A stretch of 64,000 bases of DNA, from the NCBI GenBank assembly GCA_037129895.1, contig JBAXUB010000002.1:463-64462 (forward strand), read 5' to 3'. Origin of the DNA: Candidatus Tayloriibacteriota bacterium (GTDB lineage: Bacteria > Patescibacteriota > Minisyncoccia > Phycocordibacterales > PALSA-1337). Made by a program: the position numbers and the translations under genes. The notes beneath the pieces are model-generated. The model was given only the letters and a program-made list of their open reading frames with translations. It was not told the DNA's origin and did no database searches. Below are positions 59,134 through 64,000 of the stretch, in pieces; within the stretch, counting starts at the first letter, position 1, and each line of letters opens with the position of its first letter.

Positions 59134-60100
59134 AATCCCCCTCCTCGTAATCCTCGGGCCTACAGCCACGGGCAAAAGTGATCTTGCTGTCAATATCGCA
59201 TTCCATGTCAAAGAACTGAGCCATGGTTTCTACACCGGAGCTGAAATTATTTCTGCTGACTCACGACAAGTTTACAAAGGACTAGATATTGGAACAGGAA
59301 AAATCACGAAATTAGAAATGAAAGGTGTAAAGCATCATCTACTCGATGTGTGTAGTCCTAGAAAAATTTTTGATGTCATACAATTCAAGAAGTTTACAGA
59401 AAATGCGATCAGCAAAATTTCCGAGAACGGCAAACTACCGATCATATGTGGCGGTACTGGATTCTACATAGATGCCGTTGTAAATAATATCAACTTTACG
59501 AATGTACAAGCTGATCAGAAATTGCGCGAAAAGCTCTCAGAGCTACGACCGACGAGATTGCTTTCTATGTTACAAAAACTCGATCCAGTCCGTGCTGCGA
59601 AATTGAATACATCGGATAGCAAGAACCCTGTTAGACTCATTCGAGCTATAGAGATTGCCAAAGGCTTATCAAAATATAACAGAAAGGTGGCAGCATTAGC
59701 GGCAGTACCAACAACCACAGCACAGGCAAAGGAATATGAACCAATATACATTGGATTACAACTCGACCGAGAGACGCTCACAAAGCGCATAGCCAATAGA
59801 TTGATGAAAAGGATCGATAACGGAATGATCGAGGAAGCGATCAATCTCCACAAACCAATGAAAGCCGGAGGTGTGAATCTGTCTTGGAAGAGAATGGAAG
59901 CACTCGGACTTGAATACAGATATTTGGCCCGTCTATTACAAAACAAAATTTCAAAAGAAGAAATGATAACAAAACTCAATACAGAGATAAACCGATATGC
60001 AAAGAGACAAATGACATGGTTCAAGAGAAATGAAGCAATACACTGGTTCAAACCTGGACAGGATGATGAAATTCTAAAATTTTTAAGGACCCGAATATAG
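59126..60100 (+). CDS. miaA: tRNA dimethylallyltransferase.
   Basis: LLVILGPTATGKSDLAV P-loop. Start taken at MNKIPLL, overlapping the homing endonuclease gene by 8 nt. Confidence 0.85.
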   Translation: MNKIPLLVILGPTATGKSDLAVNIAFHVKELSHGFYTGAEIISADSRQVYKGLDIGTGKITKLEMKGVKHHLLDVCSPRKIFDVIQFKKFTENAISKISENGKLPIICGGTGFYIDAVVNNINFTNVQADQKLREKLSELRPTRLLSMLQKLDPVRAAKLNTSDSKNPVRLIRAIEIAKGLSKYNRKVAALAAVPTTTAQAKEYEPIYIGLQLDRETLTKRIANRLMKRIDNGMIEEAINLHKPMKAGGVNLSWKRMEALGLEYRYLARLLQNKISKEEMITKLNTEINRYAKRQMTWFKRNEAIHWFKPGQDDEILKFLRTRI

Positions 60101-60201
60101 AGCCCCATATATATTGACATAAATGCCATTTAGATGTATAGTGTCTCCAGATCCGATCAAAAAGGATACAAAATAGTGATCGGGAAATGGGAGTTTGACA
60201 T

Positions 60202-60942
60202 ATGACAACAAAGATGACAAAAAAGATTGTAACGATGTCTGGATCGTGGAGCGTTTCCGCGACGACAACAGCAAAGAAAGACCAGTGGGAGCTGGCTCGG
60301 TTCTACCTCAGTGACTTCGATTTTATGACCTGCAACATGCGAGGTCATAACGGAATCACGAGGCCAGATGGCTTGTCCCTCAAGGACTACGAGGAAGATC
60401 TCGTGGACTTTCTCAAGGTTACCGGACCTTCACACCTCATGGCCCATTCTATGGGTGGTGTGGTGGCTCAGGCTGTAACGAATCGCGTACCGGGACTCGT
60501 AAAGAGTCTCGTACTCATTGCCAGCGCTCCACCAGGAGTTAAGACCATTGCTGGCACGAAGATCAACTACAGATTCCTGCGACCATCCTACATCCGCGCA
60601 TTTTGTAGCGGAGAGGCATACAGCCTGAAACCAGCTGACCAGGTATTCCTGCGTGGGAATAGCTGTACCGATATCGCGCTTGGTCCGGAATCAGGGCTCG
60701 CTTCTCGGGAAATTCTTTTCCGTAAGTACCCTGTTCGACCGATCAACACCTGCCCCGTATTGGTGATCGCGTCCGGCCGAGACCAATTACTCTCGATGCA
60801 GAGCCAGCGCGACATGTGCTGCTATCATGGCGGCGACTTCGTCAATATTCGAGACGCACAACACATGGTCCACTGCGACCAAGAGAACTGTTCAGAGCTG
60901 TTTAGCGAGATCAATCGCTGGCTCCGCAGTTTCAAAAGTTAA
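60202..60942 (+). CDS. Alpha/beta hydrolase, GC-rich.
   Basis: AHSMGG nucleophile elbow. A terminator follows at 60978-61012. Confidence 0.6.
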   Translation: MTTKMTKKIVTMSGSWSVSATTTAKKDQWELARFYLSDFDFMTCNMRGHNGITRPDGLSLKDYEEDLVDFLKVTGPSHLMAHSMGGVVAQAVTNRVPGLVKSLVLIASAPPGVKTIAGTKINYRFLRPSYIRAFCSGEAYSLKPADQVFLRGNSCTDIALGPESGLASREILFRKYPVRPINTCPVLVIASGRDQLLSMQSQRDMCCYHGGDFVNIRDAQHMVHCDQENCSELFSEINRWLRSFKS

Positions 60943-60977
60943 GAACAATCATTTGTTAACTTGACCTTAGTTTACAC

Positions 60978-61012
60978 GACCGACGAACATCATATGTACG
61001 TCGGTCTTTTTA
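60978..61012 (+). terminator. Terminator: GACCGACG...CGTCGGTC followed by TTTTT.
   Basis: Seen directly in sequence. Confidence 0.7.
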
Positions 61013-61043
61013 TTAAATAGGTCTGAACAGAAGATCAATCACT

Positions 61044-61685
61044 CTATGAATAGAACTGCCCCATATCTTTCTTGAACCATTTTGTAGCGATCGCATATAT
61101 TGAGTATGTGATGAAGAATGCCGCAGCAACATCGATAGTATAATGATAATGCCCGAGAAGGACGATCACTCCAAAGAATACTGCAGCTAATAAGAATAGA
61201 TAATAATATGTCTTGTGAATCTTTCCAAAGATCAAAGCCATGAGGTACGGAAGTCCAGTATGCCCAGAGAAAAACATATCACTTCCGAATGTCAGGCTCT
61301 TTATCCACCCATATGAATAATCGAACGGAATCACATATGGATATGGTCCGAGATGTGTCAAAGTAGTAAAAATAGACCTCACGACCACGAACAACGTTAT
61401 GGCCTTCAGTGCAAACGGTATCCGCTTTGGTTCTTTCAACAATAGAAATGCGATCAAAGCCCATACGAATAGTGGGCCATAAACGAATACGCCATCAACA
61501 TTATATATAGGAATATTACTCAGAACTATATCTGTAACTAGATTGCTCGCATGTTCAGTAGCATAATTGGATGTGTAATAATTGAACACGAATGCCCCGA
61601 CCAGAGCCAAGATCGATACGATGAATGAAATGACGAACTGCTTGTTTGTAAAAGTAACTCTATATTTATGTGTAAAATTTTTCAT
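61044..61685 (-). CDS. PAP2-family membrane phosphatase.
   Basis: KEPKRIPF, FFSGHTG and HYHYTIDV motifs. Confidence 0.7.
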   Translation of the reverse strand: MKNFTHKYRVTFTNKQFVISFIVSILALVGAFVFNYYTSNYATEHASNLVTDIVLSNIPIYNVDGVFVYGPLFVWALIAFLLLKEPKRIPFALKAITLFVVVRSIFTTLTHLGPYPYVIPFDYSYGWIKSLTFGSDMFFSGHTGLPYLMALIFGKIHKTYYYLFLLAAVFFGVIVLLGHYHYTIDVAAAFFITYSIYAIATKWFKKDMGQFYS

Positions 61686-61801
61686 TATTGTTATTGCACT
61701 ATTTCAACCAGTTTCTTTTCTGCAGGTAACATGTAAGCTGTAGCACTCATTCCACAATAATACTACAAAACAAACCCCCGTGCTATCATGTCTTTATCAA
61801 C

Positions 61802-62536
61802 ATGATTTCTATCATCATTCCTACATACAAAGAAGAGAAATACATTCACGAAGCCATCTCTCAGTTCAACAGACTCACAATACCTCATGAGATTATCGTT
61901 ACTGATGATTGTAGTCCCGACAAAACATTAGAGATAGCTAGAAGTACCAATGTAATAGTAATAGAGGCAAAACAGAAACATCCAACTATTGCAGCGAATA
62001 GAAATGCTGGAGCTAAATCAGCAAAAGGTGAATTCCTAGTTTTTTTGGACGCTGACAGTAGAATACTGGATGCTAATAGTTTTTTCGAACGAGCTCTTCA
62101 CAGATTTAGCCAAGACCAAAACCAGAAACAGGCCCAGAAACTAGTTGCTATCACTGGATCATTCTGGGTGAGTCCAGACAAAGCTAGTCTCGCGGACATA
62201 CTCGTGTATTCCATCTTTAACATAGTCCACCGTCTGAAAAATAATGTATTACACACTGGCGAAGCACCAGGTAAATTCCAGATGATACGAAATGAATCAT
62301 TTCTCACAGTGAACGGATTTCGCGAGGATCTAGTATCACGTGAAGACGCGGATATATTCCAACGTTTGAACAAGATAGGTCGCACGTTTGCTGATCGGGA
62401 GCTCGTAGTCTATCATTCAGGGCGCAGGTCGAGAGCGATCGGCTGGCCAAAATTATTATGGATATGGATGAGGGATTCTTTCTCCGTTGCGACGAAAAAT
62501 GTTTCTGCATCGAGAGAATGGAAAGCCATCAGGTAA
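61802..62536 (+). CDS. Family 2 glycosyltransferase.
   Basis: ISIIIPTYKEEKYI, TDDCSPD and a DAD motif. Confidence 0.8.
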   Translation: MISIIIPTYKEEKYIHEAISQFNRLTIPHEIIVTDDCSPDKTLEIARSTNVIVIEAKQKHPTIAANRNAGAKSAKGEFLVFLDADSRILDANSFFERALHRFSQDQNQKQAQKLVAITGSFWVSPDKASLADILVYSIFNIVHRLKNNVLHTGEAPGKFQMIRNESFLTVNGFREDLVSREDADIFQRLNKIGRTFADRELVVYHSGRRSRAIGWPKLLWIWMRDSFSVATKNVSASREWKAIR

Positions 62537-62613
62537 CATAAAACGCAGATAATTCGATAAATATTTTATTTATTTTATCAAAAATACGCCAGCATCTATT
62601 AAATTACATAAAT

Positions 62614-63321
62614 ATGAAAATCTCAGTTGTTATTCCAGCCCATAATGAAGAACTAACCATAGCAAACACTATCCGCGCTGTGCTCGCGCAAGATTATCCA
62701 GATTTTGAAGTTATAGTAGTTAATAACGCTAGTTCAGACAGAACCGCCGAGATTGTGTCCGGATTCCCAGTTAGACTGGTAAATGAATCTCGTAAAGGAT
62801 TATTATGGGCACGCGAAAAAGGACGTAAGGAAGCAAGTGGCCAGATCATCGCCAATATTGACGCCGACTGTGTACCAGAGAAAGACTGGCTGACTCGCGG
62901 TGCTAAACACTTTATCCGAGATGAAAACGACCATTTCGTTGAAATAGTCGCTGTTACAGGACCGTATGACTATCATGATGCGAAGCCATTCTTCCGAAAT
63001 ACCTCACTCTTTATACAGAAATATATTTACAGACCGTTTCAATTCATTCTACAATCACCACTCATAAAGAACGGAGCGATCCTGATCGGTGGCAATAACT
63101 TCATTCGAGCAGACATATTGGAGAAAGCTGACGGATATAACACAGATCTAACATTCTATGGTGAAGACACTGATACAGCGAAACGTGTTTCGAGGTATGG
63201 CCGAGTCGTCTTCAGTCCGACATTGATCATGAAGACTTCCGCTAGAAGATTCAAGAATGAGGGAGTCATATCTATCGAATCAAAATACATATATCACTTT
63301 TTTAAGAATGTTTTCAAATAG
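62614..63321 (+). CDS. Family 2 glycosyltransferase.
   Basis: ISVVIPAHNEE, VVNNASSD and DADC motifs. Confidence 0.8.
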   Translation: MKISVVIPAHNEELTIANTIRAVLAQDYPDFEVIVVNNASSDRTAEIVSGFPVRLVNESRKGLLWAREKGRKEASGQIIANIDADCVPEKDWLTRGAKHFIRDENDHFVEIVAVTGPYDYHDAKPFFRNTSLFIQKYIYRPFQFILQSPLIKNGAILIGGNNFIRADILEKADGYNTDLTFYGEDTDTAKRVSRYGRVVFSPTLIMKTSARRFKNEGVISIESKYIYHFFKNVFK

Positions 63322-63327
63322 TGACCA

Positions 63328-63927
63328 TTATGCAATATCCTTCCCTATCTGACTACCGATATATTTTCGGTATTCATTGAGCGCGAGTAGTATAATAACG
63401 AATATTACAACTACGGATACTTTTCCGAATATTGAGTCAAATTTCATATACATATCACCTAGGAAATATCCGCTAGCTAGCAATATTCCTGTCCAGAAGA
63501 ATTGACCGACGAGATTGATGAGAAGATATTTTACAAAAGGGATCCTGACCATACCAGCTACCATGAGTGTGACGAGTGCCAGACCGAAGCCATTGGTCAC
63601 TTTGGAGACTATCAGGATCTTGCCATGATATTTATGAAATATCTTGGTGGCTTTCTCGATCCTTTCAGGTGTCAGATTGAAATATTTACCAAATCTGTAT
63701 ACGAACCTAGAAGCTCCATGCCTGCCGATCTCATACCAGACGATATCACCTATGAGGTCTCCCGCCATGAGTGCAGCATATACAGGTAAGAATGGAAATG
63801 CTCCGATCTTGATCAATGCTCCGAAAAATATGGACAGAATAGGACCTTCTGCACATGCCAATACAATGATTGCGAAATATATGAGTACGCTATGATCCGT
63901 CGAAAAATGTAAGAGCCAAGTATCCAT
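63328..63927 (-). CDS. DedA/VTT-family membrane protein.
   Basis: GxxxGxxxGRxG-like YEIGRHGASRF and the typical 4-5 TM layout. Confidence 0.7.
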   Translation of the reverse strand: MDTWLLHFSTDHSVLIYFAIIVLACAEGPILSIFFGALIKIGAFPFLPVYAALMAGDLIGDIVWYEIGRHGASRFVYRFGKYFNLTPERIEKATKIFHKYHGKILIVSKVTNGFGLALVTLMVAGMVRIPFVKYLLINLVGQFFWTGILLASGYFLGDMYMKFDSIFGKVSVVVIFVIILLALNEYRKYIGSQIGKDIA

Positions 63928-63928
63928 G

Positions 63929-63999
63929 CGGGCGATCGAGGAATCGAACCTCGGACAGCGGTTTTGGAGACCGCAGTTATACCACTTAACTAATCGCCC
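63929..63999 (-). tRNA. tRNA-Trp (anticodon CCA). Its 3' end is 1 nt from the DedA start codon.
   Basis: Manual fold: acceptor GGGCGAU/AUCGCCC, anticodon loop CUCCAAA, T-loop UUCGAUU. Confidence 0.8.
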
Positions 64000-64000
64000 A

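Noticed and set aside
1-64000. CRISPR arrays.
   Set aside because: No short regularly spaced direct repeats with unique spacers were seen anywhere. The only repeats are iteron-like, palindromic or the 96-bp duplication.

Overview
AT-rich bacterial chromosomal window. Gene starts mostly lack an obvious Shine-Dalgarno sequence. At least five promoters match the sigma70 consensus (TTGACA-N17/18-TATAAT) almost perfectly, and rho-independent terminators are frequent and clean.

Contents, 5' to 3':
(i) A probable integrative element at 1..~9000. It carries a 3'-truncated large serine recombinase gene (5' end at 1222, running off the window start), an iteron-like repeat field, several small hypothetical genes, and a tightly packed 5-gene minus-strand operon: AbiEi, AbiEii, M.EcoRI-family adenine methyltransferase, DUF262+HNH nuclease, 565-aa 4-TM protein. 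I consider this operon the best candidate for an undescribed defence module.
(ii) TPR and ClpS-like genes, an AAA (DUF4143) ATPase, and assorted membrane or secreted proteins. This includes a GC-rich porin-like beta-barrel gene and a 96-bp direct repeat that flanks one gene.
(iii) An 8.2-kb gene for a 2736-aa surface protein (beta-helix repeats, LamG domain, poly-Gly tract), with a small OB-fold partner gene upstream.
(iv) A P-type ATPase, a metzincin and a cupin.
(v) An SOS cassette: a 20-bp Cheo-box palindrome inside a consensus promoter, followed by an 81-aa ORF, lexA and a Y-family polymerase.
(vi) Housekeeping genes: pgl/gnd, a DEAD-box helicase, tRNA-Gln, dnaX, dus, dacA/ftsQ-like, serS, dprA-topA, parB, tRNA-Leu(CAA) followed immediately by a LAGLIDADG homing endonuclease that overlaps miaA, two GT2 glycosyltransferases, DedA and tRNA-Trp.

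Scattered single genes are markedly GC-richer than their surroundings (16071-16742, 39484-41519, 45885-46664, 60202-60942), which suggests piecemeal foreign acquisition. Several terminator-bounded non-coding stretches (57950-58424, 34790-35090, 46880-47018, 10150-10326) may hold structured RNAs that I could not identify by motif. No CRISPR array was seen.
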